Positions 52,954 through 62,813 of a stretch of DNA of 64,000 nt are shown here, in pieces. Position 1 is the stretch's first letter; every line of letters starts with the position of its first letter. The DNA lies in NCBI GenBank assembly GCA_964460435.1, contig CAYWRH010000001.1:32543-96542 (forward strand), read 5' to 3'. A program made the position numbers and the translations under genes. The notes under the pieces were generated by a model that was not told the DNA's origin, did not search any database, and worked only from the letters and a program-made list of their open reading frames with translations. This DNA is from an uncultured Desulfatiglans sp. Lineage in GTDB: Bacteria > Desulfobacterota > DSM-4660 > Desulfatiglandales > HGW-15.

Positions 52954-54474
52954 TTAGTTTGCATCATCTAAAGATACCGGTTCATTTCCGGGCGCATCAA
53001 TGCCCCTTCTTAAGAGGAGAGTGCCTTCCTCCTGGTAAAGACTGATCGTGGCCTTAAGATAAGTTATCAGCGCCTCTATTTCCGTAATCTGGCTTGCCAC
53101 AAAATCCCGCTGGGCCCTTGCCACCAGAAGGGCGGTGGATTTGCCAACCCTGAATTTTTCTGTCTCTGCCCTTACTGATTCCTCCTGGAGCCGCGTGGTG
53201 GCGGCAGTGGCAGAAACCTGCTCCCTTGCACGATTGATTTCTATCAGAGCTGAACGCACATCCACTTCAATAAGCTGTTCCAGGTTTTTAAGGGCCTCTT
53301 CCGACTGTCTTTTAGAAATAATTGACCTGTTGTATCTTGCCTTGTCAGCCCTGTTCCTGATAGGGAAACTAAAGGAAATCCCTGCAGATATGTCATAGTT
53401 GCCATCATCTATTTTTCTGAAAGCATCCCCAAAGGAATCCGAGTAGCCGGTTTTGCCAGCTGTAATAAAAAAATCAAGCACCGGTAAAAGGCCGTTTTTT
53501 GTCTGAATCACCTCGATTTCACCCTGTTTCAGATCAAGCTTCGCCTGGTTGATTTCAGGCCTCATTATGAGCGCCTTTTGAATGCATTCAGTCAGTGCAT
53601 TTATCTCTGTATCCACAGCTACCGGGATGTCAGATATGTTTATTGAGGTCTCCAGTGGATTGCCATCAGGGCTGTTTAAAAGGCGCTGAAGCCTGAGCCC
53701 TGTTAATGCAAGGTCGCTCCTGGCATTTATAAGCGCCTCCTTTCGCAGGGCCACTTCTGCCTCCGCCGCATAAAGCTCTACCTTTGCGAGAGTGCCGATC
53801 TTTATTCTTTTAGCAGTTTCCTCAAGCTGCTCTTCAGCAAGTTTAAGGGATTTCTGAAAGATTGAAATCCTTTTACGGGCCAGGACATAGTCCCAGCAGG
53901 TTTTCTCCACATCAGCAACAAGCGCCTCTGCAAACCCCCTCAGTTCATATTCAGATGCAAGCAGCGCCAGTTGGGCCTTTCTAAGGTTTGCAAGATTTGC
54001 GCCTCTTCCAAAACCCTCTAAAAGAGGCTGGTTAATGGAAATTACCCCTGCCGCACTGGCCTGGACACCCGACCTTTCCGAATCAATACGCTGCGTTTTT
54101 ATTCCAAGAGATACCTCTGTCCCTGTTGAGAATTTCTTGGATACATCAATACTGTTATTTTTTCTTTCAATATTGGTAAGGTCAACGATCCCGCTGGCAA
54201 GTGTGCTTTTTGACTGATTGCTTTCAAGGTTGATAACCGGATCAAAAACAGCCTTTTGTTCCATTTCATATGTTTTCTGTATTTCCGGGTTAATACGCTC
54301 GATCAGGAATGCACGGTTATTTTCAAGCGCACGCAGTGTGGCCTCCTTTATTGATATCTCCTGGTTTTCAGTTGACTCTTCACCTGAAGAGGATAATGAA
54401 GCAAGGGGTAGAATAAATGCGCATGCAGTGAGATACATAAGCATGCCCTGTTTTAACCTGTTTTGCGAGGCCAT
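52954..54474 (-). CDS. TolC-family outer membrane efflux protein
   Basis: 506 aa with a signal peptide and two OEP repeats (ISIKEATLRALENNRAF; VEKTCWDYVLARKRISIF). Confidence 0.85.
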   Translation of the reverse strand: MASQNRLKQGMLMYLTACAFILPLASLSSSGEESTENQEISIKEATLRALENNRAFLIERINPEIQKTYEMEQKAVFDPVINLESNQSKSTLASGIVDLTNIERKNNSIDVSKKFSTGTEVSLGIKTQRIDSERSGVQASAAGVISINQPLLEGFGRGANLANLRKAQLALLASEYELRGFAEALVADVEKTCWDYVLARKRISIFQKSLKLAEEQLEETAKRIKIGTLAKVELYAAEAEVALRKEALINARSDLALTGLRLQRLLNSPDGNPLETSINISDIPVAVDTEINALTECIQKALIMRPEINQAKLDLKQGEIEVIQTKNGLLPVLDFFITAGKTGYSDSFGDAFRKIDDGNYDISAGISFSFPIRNRADKARYNRSIISKRQSEEALKNLEQLIEVDVRSALIEINRAREQVSATAATTRLQEESVRAETEKFRVGKSTALLVARAQRDFVASQITEIEALITYLKATISLYQEEGTLLLRRGIDAPGNEPVSLDDAN

Positions 54475-54476
54475 AG

Positions 54477-57400
54477 CTAATTACCTTTCCGATGAAATAG
54501 TGTATATATAACCGGGATCAATACCAGCGTTATCAATGTAGATGCTGTAAGCCCGCCTACAACCGCCCTGGCAAGCGGCGCCTGTGCGTCTGCCCCTTCA
54601 CCGATACCGAAGGCAAGAGGAAGGAGACCGAAAATTGTGGTAAGGGTTGTCATCAGAATAGGCCTGAGCCTCCTTCGGCCTGCCTCCAGAACCGCCTCCT
54701 GAACCGGCATGCCCTCTCTTTCGAGCAGCCCGGCCTGGTCTACAAGGAGAATTGCATTGTTAACAGCGATTCCTCCCAGCATAATACATCCTATGTAGGA
54801 TTGAATGTTCAGTGTAGTATTCGTAATGAAGAGGGTTACAAGCACCCCTACTGCACCCACTGGCACTGAAAACATAACCACAAAAGGATTTTTAAGAGAT
54901 TCATACTGGCACGCAAGCACCATGTATACAAGCACAAGGGCAAGCATCAGGGAGATAATAAGCTCATGAAAGGCCTCTTTCTGCTCTTCAAAATTACCAG
55001 CTACCCTTAAATCGTAACCAACAGGTTTGGCGATCTCATAAAGACGTTCCTGTACATCCGCTGCAACAGAGCCTGCATCCCTGCCCGCAATATTGGCAGT
55101 TACATAGGCTATGCGCTGCTGATCCTTTCTTTCTATAAAAACCGGCCCCCTGCCGGACTCATCCCTTACCAGATTCCTGAGTGAAACAAGCTCTCCGGAA
55201 CCGGTTGAGAGTGTCAGGTTAAGGATTTCATCAATGGACATCTTTTCGGCATCCTTGAGCTGGACAAGGATCCTGTAGGAATTGCCCCCTGTGCGGTATT
55301 CGCCGGCCCTTGTGCCTGCAACGGCTGTTTCAAGCACCCTGGTAACATCCCTGACGCTTAAGCCCAGGTCAGCGGCCTTGTTTCTGTCAACATGTATTTC
55401 ACGCTGGGGGACACCGGCCTTTCTGCTCACATCGGTATCTGTAATACCGGGGACATCCCTGATAGCACTAAGTACCCTCTCTGTTAAGAGGTCAAGGATC
55501 TGAAGGTCATAACCGCGTATTTCTATTGTAATGCCTTCCTGTCCGCTTCCAATAAGCCTGCTCAGAATAAACTGGCCCTGGGGCGCCTGAACCCTGATAT
55601 CCATACCGGGTATTTTATTCTCGAGCCGGGACCTCAGATCGTTTGCTATCTCGACATTTGACCTGCTGCGATCCTTAAGCGGTGTCAGGGAGAGATTAAT
55701 TTCTCCCCTTGAACCTCCTCCCCCGCGCCATGAGGAGCCAACACTTACGACCGATGATATGAGCTCTGGAACAGCGGGGTAAACAATCTCCTCCATCTTT
55801 TTTGTCCGCTCATCTGCTAGTTCAAGTCTGAGGCCGACCTCCATTTCTCCGTTTATACGCACTTCACCCTCATCGCTCGGCGGGAGCAGCTCGGTTCCGA
55901 TAAGTGGATAAAGGAGAAAACTGAGGGCAAGCAGAAGGGATGAAATAAATATGGTTCTTCCCTTATGCGCCAGGGCGAGTCCGAGAAGATCCTGATAGGA
56001 ATTGTTTAAGGAATCTAAAAACTCTGAAGAGATATTTATAAGCCGATTAATCCATCCGCTTTTTATTCTGGATTTATGTTCGTTGGCTTCAAGAAGCCTG
56101 GAGGCGAGCATAGGAACCAGACTCAATGACACAAAAAGGGAGCAGATCAGGGAAAATATAATAACATAGGCCAGTTCTTTAAAAAGGATGCCTGAAATAC
56201 CCCTTACAAAAATGAGGGGTAAAAATATTACCAGTGTTGTGATTGTGCTTGCTATAATTGCGCCGCCAACCTCCTTTGTGCCCTTGATCGCAGCATGATA
56301 AGGGGTTTCATTATTTTCATCCCTGTGGCGGAAGGTGTTTTCAAGAACAACAATGGAGCCATCCACCATCATGCCTACACCCAGCGCAAGCCCTCCCAGT
56401 GTCATGAGGTTTAGGGTAAAGTTGCCGAAGTAAAGGAGTGTGAAGGTGGCTATTATGGAAATGGGGATGGCAAGTGATATGACAACGGTGCTCCTTATAT
56501 TTCTCAAAAAAAACAGAAGCACAATAATTGCAAGCCCACCGCCATAGAGGACCGAATTTGCCACGTTCTGTATTGATCTTTCAATAAAGTTGCCCTGATT
56601 TATCACAGGGATAATATGCGCCTGCGGAAAATCCATGTTTACCTTTTCTATCTCTGCCAGAACACGCTTTGATACCTCTACAGTGTTTTCATCAGCCTCC
56701 TTGCGGATTCCAAGCCTCATTCCGAGTTCTCTGTTAACCCTTACAATCCTTTCAACCTTTTGATATGTATCTTTTATTTCTGCGATCTGACCGAGGGTAA
56801 CTGCTGCCCCATCATGAGTAATGAGCACTGTATTTTTCAACTGATCCAGGTTTGCAAATTCGGCTGGCGCCCTCAGTGCAATATCATACTTTCCCTCCTC
56901 TATCTTTCCTGCGGGTCTGTCAAGGTTGGCGTCACGTATTGCCTGCAGAATCCGGTCGAGCGGGATATTAAGGGCCTTCAGGCTCTGGGGGTTCAGCTCA
57001 ACCCTTATCTCTCTGTTATAACCGCCCCAGATATCAACCTGGGCAACACCCGGAATACGGGCGAACCTGTACCTGATCTGGTCTTCAACAAGCTCTGTCA
57101 GTTCAATAGGGTCGAGTTTACTGGATATCCCCAGTATCACTACAGGGATACTTGATATGTCAAACTTATCGACCCTTGGTTTTACAACATCCTCAGGCAG
57201 ATCATTCATTCCATCTTCGATTTTGCTCTGAAGATCAATTGCAGCAGTATTAATGTCAGTGCCCCATACAAAGGTTACCCTTATATTGCTGTTACCCTCT
57301 GAGGAATCCGAGGTCATTTCTTCAACACCGGGCACAGTGGCAATTATCTCCTCCAGCGGCTGTGTCACGAGTCTTTCCATTACCTCGGGGCTTGCCCCAG

Positions 57401-57554
57401 CATATGAAGTGCGTACGCTCAGGGTAGGCAGTTCAACACTCGGAAGCATATCGAGCCGGAGCCGGCTTAATGACACTGCCCCAAGTATGACTACTATAAG
57501 CGTAACCATAGTTATTACTATGGGGCGTTTTACGCTGAATTCCGCAAGAGTCAT
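54477..57554 (-). CDS. RND efflux permease (AcrB family)
   Basis: 1025 aa. [41 protein letters not shown]4 [13 protein letters not shown], and C-terminal [21 protein letters not shown]. Confidence 0.9.
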   Translation of the reverse strand: MTLAEFSVKRPIVITMVTLIVVILGAVSLSRLRLDMLPSVELPTLSVRTSYAGASPEVMERLVTQPLEEIIATVPGVEEMTSDSSEGNSNIRVTFVWGTDINTAAIDLQSKIEDGMNDLPEDVVKPRVDKFDISSIPVVILGISSKLDPIELTELVEDQIRYRFARIPGVAQVDIWGGYNREIRVELNPQSLKALNIPLDRILQAIRDANLDRPAGKIEEGKYDIALRAPAEFANLDQLKNTVLITHDGAAVTLGQIAEIKDTYQKVERIVRVNRELGMRLGIRKEADENTVEVSKRVLAEIEKVNMDFPQAHIIPVINQGNFIERSIQNVANSVLYGGGLAIIVLLFFLRNIRSTVVISLAIPISIIATFTLLYFGNFTLNLMTLGGLALGVGMMVDGSIVVLENTFRHRDENNETPYHAAIKGTKEVGGAIIASTITTLVIFLPLIFVRGISGILFKELAYVIIFSLICSLFVSLSLVPMLASRLLEANEHKSRIKSGWINRLINISSEFLDSLNNSYQDLLGLALAHKGRTIFISSLLLALSFLLYPLIGTELLPPSDEGEVRINGEMEVGLRLELADERTKKMEEIVYPAVPELISSVVSVGSSWRGGGGSRGEINLSLTPLKDRSRSNVEIANDLRSRLENKIPGMDIRVQAPQGQFILSRLIGSGQEGITIEIRGYDLQILDLLTERVLSAIRDVPGITDTDVSRKAGVPQREIHVDRNKAADLGLSVRDVTRVLETAVAGTRAGEYRTGGNSYRILVQLKDAEKMSIDEILNLTLSTGSGELVSLRNLVRDESGRGPVFIERKDQQRIAYVTANIAGRDAGSVAADVQERLYEIAKPVGYDLRVAGNFEEQKEAFHELIISLMLALVLVYMVLACQYESLKNPFVVMFSVPVGAVGVLVTLFITNTTLNIQSYIGCIMLGGIAVNNAILLVDQAGLLEREGMPVQEAVLEAGRRRLRPILMTTLTTIFGLLPLAFGIGEGADAQAPLARAVVGGLTASTLITLVLIPVIYTLFHRKGN

Positions 57555-58771
57555 TTTTGTCTCTCCATTTTGTCTGTTATGCCTGTTTTATTGCTTTCTC
57601 CCGAGATATGAATTTCTGACCCGTCATCCACAAGCTGCTGCCCCAGGGTGACTACAAGACCTTTTGTCAACCCTTCACAATCGATTTGCACCTTTGCGCC
57701 TTCACGGATTCCTGCCTTTACAGGGCACCACCTGACGGTTTTATTATCGTCATTGAAGATAAATATTCCATCCCTATTATCCCTTTTTGTCAGGGCCTGC
57801 TCAGGGACAATCGTTGCATTACTCACCTTATCAAACACAATGGTTGCCCGTATGAACATGCCGGGTTTCAATCTTAATTTGCGGTTTTCAATGGTGAGTT
57901 CAACCCTTGCCTGCCTTGTCGCCTGGCGGAAGATGGGGGCGATACGGCTTATCTCTCCTTTAAATATCTCTTCAGGGTGAGCGTCTGTCGTTAAAAATGC
58001 AGATTGACCGGGTTTGAGATAAACATAGTCCTTTTCGGATACATAAATAATACCCAGGATTGGATCAAGTTCAACAATGGATAGAAGAGGAGCATTTGCA
58101 GATACCATATCGCCTTCATTGACAAATTTTTCTCCTACTGTCCTGGTGTCATCCCCGCCTGTCCATGCTGCCACTATCTTTGTGTACCCCTGTTTTATTC
58201 TTGCTGTCTCAAGGGATGCCTCTGCCCTCTTTACCTGTGCCTCGGAGACAGCCAGTTTTGCCTGTTTTGCAAGCTGATCAGCCTTTGCAGAATCATATTC
58301 CGAATCTGAAGCCAATCCGCCCTTGAGTAATTCGCTTATTCTTTTTAACTCCCTTTGAGCTATTTCATAACTGCTTTTTGCCTCTGCCAGGGTCGCCTCT
58401 GCAACAGCAAGATCTGCCTTTGCAAGAAGAACTGCCTGTTCATATTCTGCGTCATCCAGTTCGGCAACCACCTGGTTGCGTTTTATTGTATCCCCTATAT
58501 CAACCTTAAGAAGCTCAATGCGGCCATTTATTTTGGGGGCAATAACAAATTGGGAAGGGGACTCAAGGGTTCCGCTAAACGTTTTTTTCAGCTCGATCAA
58601 GCCTGTTTTTATTTCCGCCACCTCAACAGGCACAGCCCTTGGCCCGCCCTGACGGCGCTCGCTACGGCCACCAGTCTGTTCCCTGACACGGGTGATGATT
58701 TGCCATACAAATGCAATAATAAGTATGGTTGCCAGAATAGTTACTATTTTGTTTTTTCCTGTAAGTTTCAT
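57551..58771 (-). CDS. Efflux RND periplasmic adaptor (MFP)
   Basis: 406 aa. N-terminal anchor helix, lipoyl halves, coiled-coil hairpin ([28 protein letters not shown]) and beta-barrel. Overlaps the RND gene by 4 nt. Confidence 0.85.
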   Translation of the reverse strand: MKLTGKNKIVTILATILIIAFVWQIITRVREQTGGRSERRQGGPRAVPVEVAEIKTGLIELKKTFSGTLESPSQFVIAPKINGRIELLKVDIGDTIKRNQVVAELDDAEYEQAVLLAKADLAVAEATLAEAKSSYEIAQRELKRISELLKGGLASDSEYDSAKADQLAKQAKLAVSEAQVKRAEASLETARIKQGYTKIVAAWTGGDDTRTVGEKFVNEGDMVSANAPLLSIVELDPILGIIYVSEKDYVYLKPGQSAFLTTDAHPEEIFKGEISRIAPIFRQATRQARVELTIENRKLRLKPGMFIRATIVFDKVSNATIVPEQALTKRDNRDGIFIFNDDNKTVRWCPVKAGIREGAKVQIDCEGLTKGLVVTLGQQLVDDGSEIHISGESNKTGITDKMERQK

Positions 58772-58799
58772 ATTCGACTTATTCCTTGTCCGGGAGATT

Positions 58800-58813
58800 T
58801 ATCTATAGATAAC
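58800..58813. promoter_or_regulatory. Perfect 14-bp palindrome upstream of the MFP-RND-OMF operon (candidate operator)
   Basis: TTATCTATAGATAA at 58800-58813, 29 nt upstream of the MFP start codon (58771, minus strand). Confidence 0.3.
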
Positions 58814-58934
58814 TGAACTATTTTTGCTCAACAAAAGGATCAACCAATTAATATTTTCCATCTGCCTTTAAACGGCCCAAACATATGCTGTCATCAGGCA
58901 AAGTAACTATCAACCTCGAAAAATAATCGGTTTC

Positions 58935-59327
58935 CTAATGGCCATGCCTCATCGATCTCTCATAAAATTCTTTGTTATTTCCCTCAAATTCATGCCTTTC
59001 CTCCGGGATAAGAGAAACAAAGATAAAAAACAGGAGCGAAATGGCAACGGGGATTACCCAGTCCATTCTAATGGCAAACCGCCTTTCCCTGCCTTTAAAA
59101 TAGGTGCACAAGACCCTGAAGTTAAGAATAAGGTGCCATACCCCGAAGATTACAAAGAAGATGCAACTGACCTCATGCATAGCCTTCCAGTTGATCATAA
59201 CCCCGCTATTTTCAGAAGGGCCGTGGGAAAATAGCAGAACCAGCCCCGAGATGCCGGTAATCACAAATGTGCACAAGGTCATTACTGATACAAATCGCCT
59301 TGAACTGAACCTCTTTTCTGTTTCCAT
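58935..59327 (-). CDS. DUF4405-like small integral membrane protein
   Basis: 130 aa with 3-4 TM helices and conserved His residues (WKAMHEVSCIFFVIFGVWHLILNF). Confidence 0.5.
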   Translation of the reverse strand: METEKRFSSRRFVSVMTLCTFVITGISGLVLLFSHGPSENSGVMINWKAMHEVSCIFFVIFGVWHLILNFRVLCTYFKGRERRFAIRMDWVIPVAISLLFFIFVSLIPEERHEFEGNNKEFYERSMRHGH

Positions 59328-59351
59328 AAAATAACCTCCGATACAACTATA

Positions 59352-61139
59352 TTAAAATGAATATCTTATGCCGGCATAGTAAGACCTTGTCTTTGCAGGC
59401 ACAAGAAAGGGCAGTATATAGTCCTTATCAAACATGTTCTCGATCTGGAAAAACAGTTTGTATTTGTTCAAGTCATATTCAACCCTGGCATCCACTTCAT
59501 AATGGCTTTTTACACTCATGAAATTCTCACTGTCAGCATACTCCCTGGATGAATATTTTACTGTTGTGCTTATGGAAAGGTTTTCGATTGGCGAGCTGAT
59601 AATCTTACCCTGGAACCTGTTTTTTGCCCTCATGGGAAGCCACAGGTCTGTGGCATCATCCTTTGCATCCGTGTATGTATATGAGAGTGAAAGGTTGAAC
59701 ATGGGATCAGGCTTCCAGAACATGGAGCTGTCAACCCCCTTTTCAGTGGCGCTCCCCACATTAACAAAGGTGCGCCTAAGCCCTGCCTCTGTCATGATGG
59801 AATCCATGGTGACAAGCTCTTCAACCTCAGTATAATAAGGCGTAACATTAAAGGACAATGAAGTGACAGGTGTATAGAACAGTGTCAGTTTGTAGTTTGT
59901 AAACTCCTCCTTTTTCAGGTCAGGGTTAGCTATAACAAAGGCGTCTGATCTGTACCTGTCCTTGTAACTGGGTAGCCTGTCTGCAAGGTTAAAGCCAAAG
60001 ACCAGGCCATATCTGGCCTTTTTATACCCGAGGGTCAGTTCAGGGTTCAGGCTGTTTGCAAAATTATTATAGTATGTGCCCCTGAGTCCAAAATATATCG
60101 AATACGGGCTCTCATTTGATTCAAGTTTGTAGGTTGTAAATGCCCACCCCTTTTTTTCTTTATGTTCAGCATATGGCAGTTGTACATTATTTATATTTGT
60201 CTCCACACCAACCTCTGCATGTTCATACCCTATGCCGGCGCTTAGAAGGGCTCTTTCGGAAAAAGAAAAATCGGTTGTAAACTCCTGGCTGAGTATCTCA
60301 GGGGTTATCTTGATGTTGTGAGGTATGGGCGCTGGCTCAGCATCTATGCTCTGATCCATTGAGTCTGTATAGATAAACTTGCTGTTCAACCTTTTTATTT
60401 TTATAGGAAGGGTGGCCGAAAAACTTTCAAAGATGGCATCATTATATGGGGTAGGGGCAAAATATGGCCCGCCAAGCCCCTTTTCATCCTTGAAATAGTT
60501 AAATGAGGGTGAAAATATTATATCTGACTGCGGTGCATATGAGATGTTCATGCCTGCCTTTGTTTCTGTATCATGTTCGTTAGTGCGCCACCCGTCATCA
60601 GATTCATAACCTCCCATTACCCCAATCTTGATCCCCTTTACCTGTGTCTGGATATCTGCGCTGTACTCCCTGTAATTCATATTTCCGAAGGCTGCTTCCA
60701 GATTGCCGCTGTAGGTGTCTGCAAGTTTGGATGTAATAAGGATAACCCCGCCGCTGGAGTTTTCGCCATATCCGGAGCCGCCTCCCTTGATGACCTCAAT
60801 CCTGCCTATATTGTTTAATGAGACCTGATCCCACTTTATATCCCCTGAAATCGGGTCTTTAATATTTCGACCATCCATAAGGACAAGGATCTCTGATGAC
60901 CCGTTTATGGCGACGCCCTTACCGGCTGTAGTAACGCCCGGTATATGTTCAAGAACTTCGGTTACGCTCGAAACATTCATCTTTATGATATCTTCTGCAG
61001 TAAAGACATTTGACTCCCTTGCCTTTTGAATAGAGGCATCCCCCTGTGCAAAAGAGAGTGTGCATGCAAAAAAAACAAGAAAACAGATGATTGTAATGTG
61101 AAAGCCTCTTTTGCCTTTTCCCGTAATTATTCCATTCAT
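59352..61139 (-). CDS. TonB-dependent outer membrane receptor
   Basis: 595 aa. Signal peptide, plug domain (VTEVLEHIPGV...ILVLMDGR...IGRIEVIKGGGSGYGENSSGGVILITSK), a beta-barrel, and a C-terminal YYAGIRYSF. Confidence 0.85.
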   Translation of the reverse strand: MNGIITGKGKRGFHITIICFLVFFACTLSFAQGDASIQKARESNVFTAEDIIKMNVSSVTEVLEHIPGVTTAGKGVAINGSSEILVLMDGRNIKDPISGDIKWDQVSLNNIGRIEVIKGGGSGYGENSSGGVILITSKLADTYSGNLEAAFGNMNYREYSADIQTQVKGIKIGVMGGYESDDGWRTNEHDTETKAGMNISYAPQSDIIFSPSFNYFKDEKGLGGPYFAPTPYNDAIFESFSATLPIKIKRLNSKFIYTDSMDQSIDAEPAPIPHNIKITPEILSQEFTTDFSFSERALLSAGIGYEHAEVGVETNINNVQLPYAEHKEKKGWAFTTYKLESNESPYSIYFGLRGTYYNNFANSLNPELTLGYKKARYGLVFGFNLADRLPSYKDRYRSDAFVIANPDLKKEEFTNYKLTLFYTPVTSLSFNVTPYYTEVEELVTMDSIMTEAGLRRTFVNVGSATEKGVDSSMFWKPDPMFNLSLSYTYTDAKDDATDLWLPMRAKNRFQGKIISSPIENLSISTTVKYSSREYADSENFMSVKSHYEVDARVEYDLNKYKLFFQIENMFDKDYILPFLVPAKTRSYYAGIRYSF

Positions 61140-61165
61140 TGTTAATTAATCTCCTTTAGTTGTAA

Positions 61166-62812
61166 TTAATCCTTAGCATTCACTGTGGCGTAGTGCGTGA
61201 TATCCATATCCCTATTGTACACAGAGGTCTCCACATCCATGAGACCCAGCAATGTATGGAACAGGTTGTCATGTGAATAGCGCTCCCTTGCGGCCTCCCT
61301 CATCCTTTTCCTGTCAATATTGAAACCTTCTCCAAACCACATGATGGCAGGGATATGCTTCTGATTTTCCGGCGCCATAAAATAGGGTAGCCCGTGCAGA
61401 TATATGCTGTTTTCGCCCAGTGATTCGCCATGATCGCTTATGTAGAACATGGCTGTTTCAAACTGACTGTTCTCCTTTAAAAGGGCTATAACCTTTGAAA
61501 GAAAATAATCAGTATATAGCACTGCATTATCATATGCATTGCTGATCTCGTGAGCAGAGCACTCTTCAAGCTGTGATGTCTTACATACAGGCGTGTATTT
61601 TTCAAATTCTTCCGGGTACCTCTTGTAATAGGCAGGGCCGTGGTTACCCATCTGGTGGAGGACTATCAATATGTTCCCTGACCTTTTACTGTCAATATAT
61701 TCCTGCAGGCCGACCAGCATCCCCTCATCCCTGCATTCAGGATTACAGATCGTGTTCTTTTCAGGGTTTTTAAAATCTTCATAATTTACCCTGTCAGCCA
61801 CACCCTTTGAGCTTGAATTATTTTCACGCCAGAGGATATTTACCCCGGCAGCGCTCAATACATCCAGGATATTATAGGTTGATCGAACCTTTTTGTCGGA
61901 ATAGCCTGCCCGTGTGAGGCTGGAAAACATGCAGGGGATGGAGACAGATGTTGTGGTGCCGCACGAATACATCTCCGGGAAATTGATTATCTCCTCTTTT
62001 TCAATAAGGGGGGTTGTTTCTCTCTCATAACCATTCATATGTAATCTATCTGCCCTTACTGCCTCTCCAACTACCAAGATAATCAGCTTTTTTCTATCTC
62101 TATCTTTTGCAGAAATTTTTGCATCCTCTCCTATCGGCGTTATTGCCCTTTCACTGCCTCTTAAGTTTTGCGCTATATATCTTCCGGTGGAAAAGAGAAA
62201 ATAGGCTGGATTAGTGTAGTACCTTAAAGGCTTATGCTCCCTTAAAAATGAGGTGTAATAGTCACTTACAGGAAAGGCAGCTATGATTATGATGACAAGC
62301 AAGGAGAAAATAATTATGAGCCTTGAAAGGAGCTCTCTTTTGAATGATCTGTATTTGATCTTTATTTTATAGACAATTATGGATGGAATAATCCCTGCAA
62401 AGATCAGATAGATAAACAGTTTTATATTCAGGAGGTCAAAGACCTCGCTTGTATTTGTCTGGATTGTGTTCTGGATCATTGTCTCATCAATGACAATGTT
62501 GTAATTATTCATGAAATAGCTTGCAAGTGAGGAGAGCAGCAGGATGGTTATCAGTACAGGTTTTGTTGTGTACCTAAAGCAGAAGATGGAAAATAATAAT
62601 ACTGTGACTGATATTAATACAACAGATATTGAGCATAGGAAACCAATGTTGCCGGTTGAAACAGGATAGACCTCTGTGACATTCTTATAAAAGGCAAAGT
62701 TGTCGAATGCTATAAGGAATAGCGCAGTGATAAAAATCAGCCTTAGATTGGAAATTTCCAAAAACTTATTTTGGCTTTTATGCCCTTCCTGATTAAAAGA
62801 ACTGTTTTGCAT
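61166..62812 (-). CDS. eptA: Phosphoethanolamine transferase (EptA/MCR family)
   Basis: 548 aa with a 5-TM N-domain plus a sulfatase-fold domain. Family motifs: VVGEAVRADR, YSCGTTTSVSIPCMF (Thr nucleophile region), HQMGNHGPAYYKRYPEEFEKYTPVC, and YISDHGESLGE..YLHGLPY. Confidence 0.9.
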   Translation of the reverse strand: MQNSSFNQEGHKSQNKFLEISNLRLIFITALFLIAFDNFAFYKNVTEVYPVSTGNIGFLCSISVVLISVTVLLFSIFCFRYTTKPVLITILLLSSLASYFMNNYNIVIDETMIQNTIQTNTSEVFDLLNIKLFIYLIFAGIIPSIIVYKIKIKYRSFKRELLSRLIIIFSLLVIIIIAAFPVSDYYTSFLREHKPLRYYTNPAYFLFSTGRYIAQNLRGSERAITPIGEDAKISAKDRDRKKLIILVVGEAVRADRLHMNGYERETTPLIEKEEIINFPEMYSCGTTTSVSIPCMFSSLTRAGYSDKKVRSTYNILDVLSAAGVNILWRENNSSSKGVADRVNYEDFKNPEKNTICNPECRDEGMLVGLQEYIDSKRSGNILIVLHQMGNHGPAYYKRYPEEFEKYTPVCKTSQLEECSAHEISNAYDNAVLYTDYFLSKVIALLKENSQFETAMFYISDHGESLGENSIYLHGLPYFMAPENQKHIPAIMWFGEGFNIDRKRMREAARERYSHDNLFHTLLGLMDVETSVYNRDMDITHYATVNAKD

Positions 62813-62813
62813 T

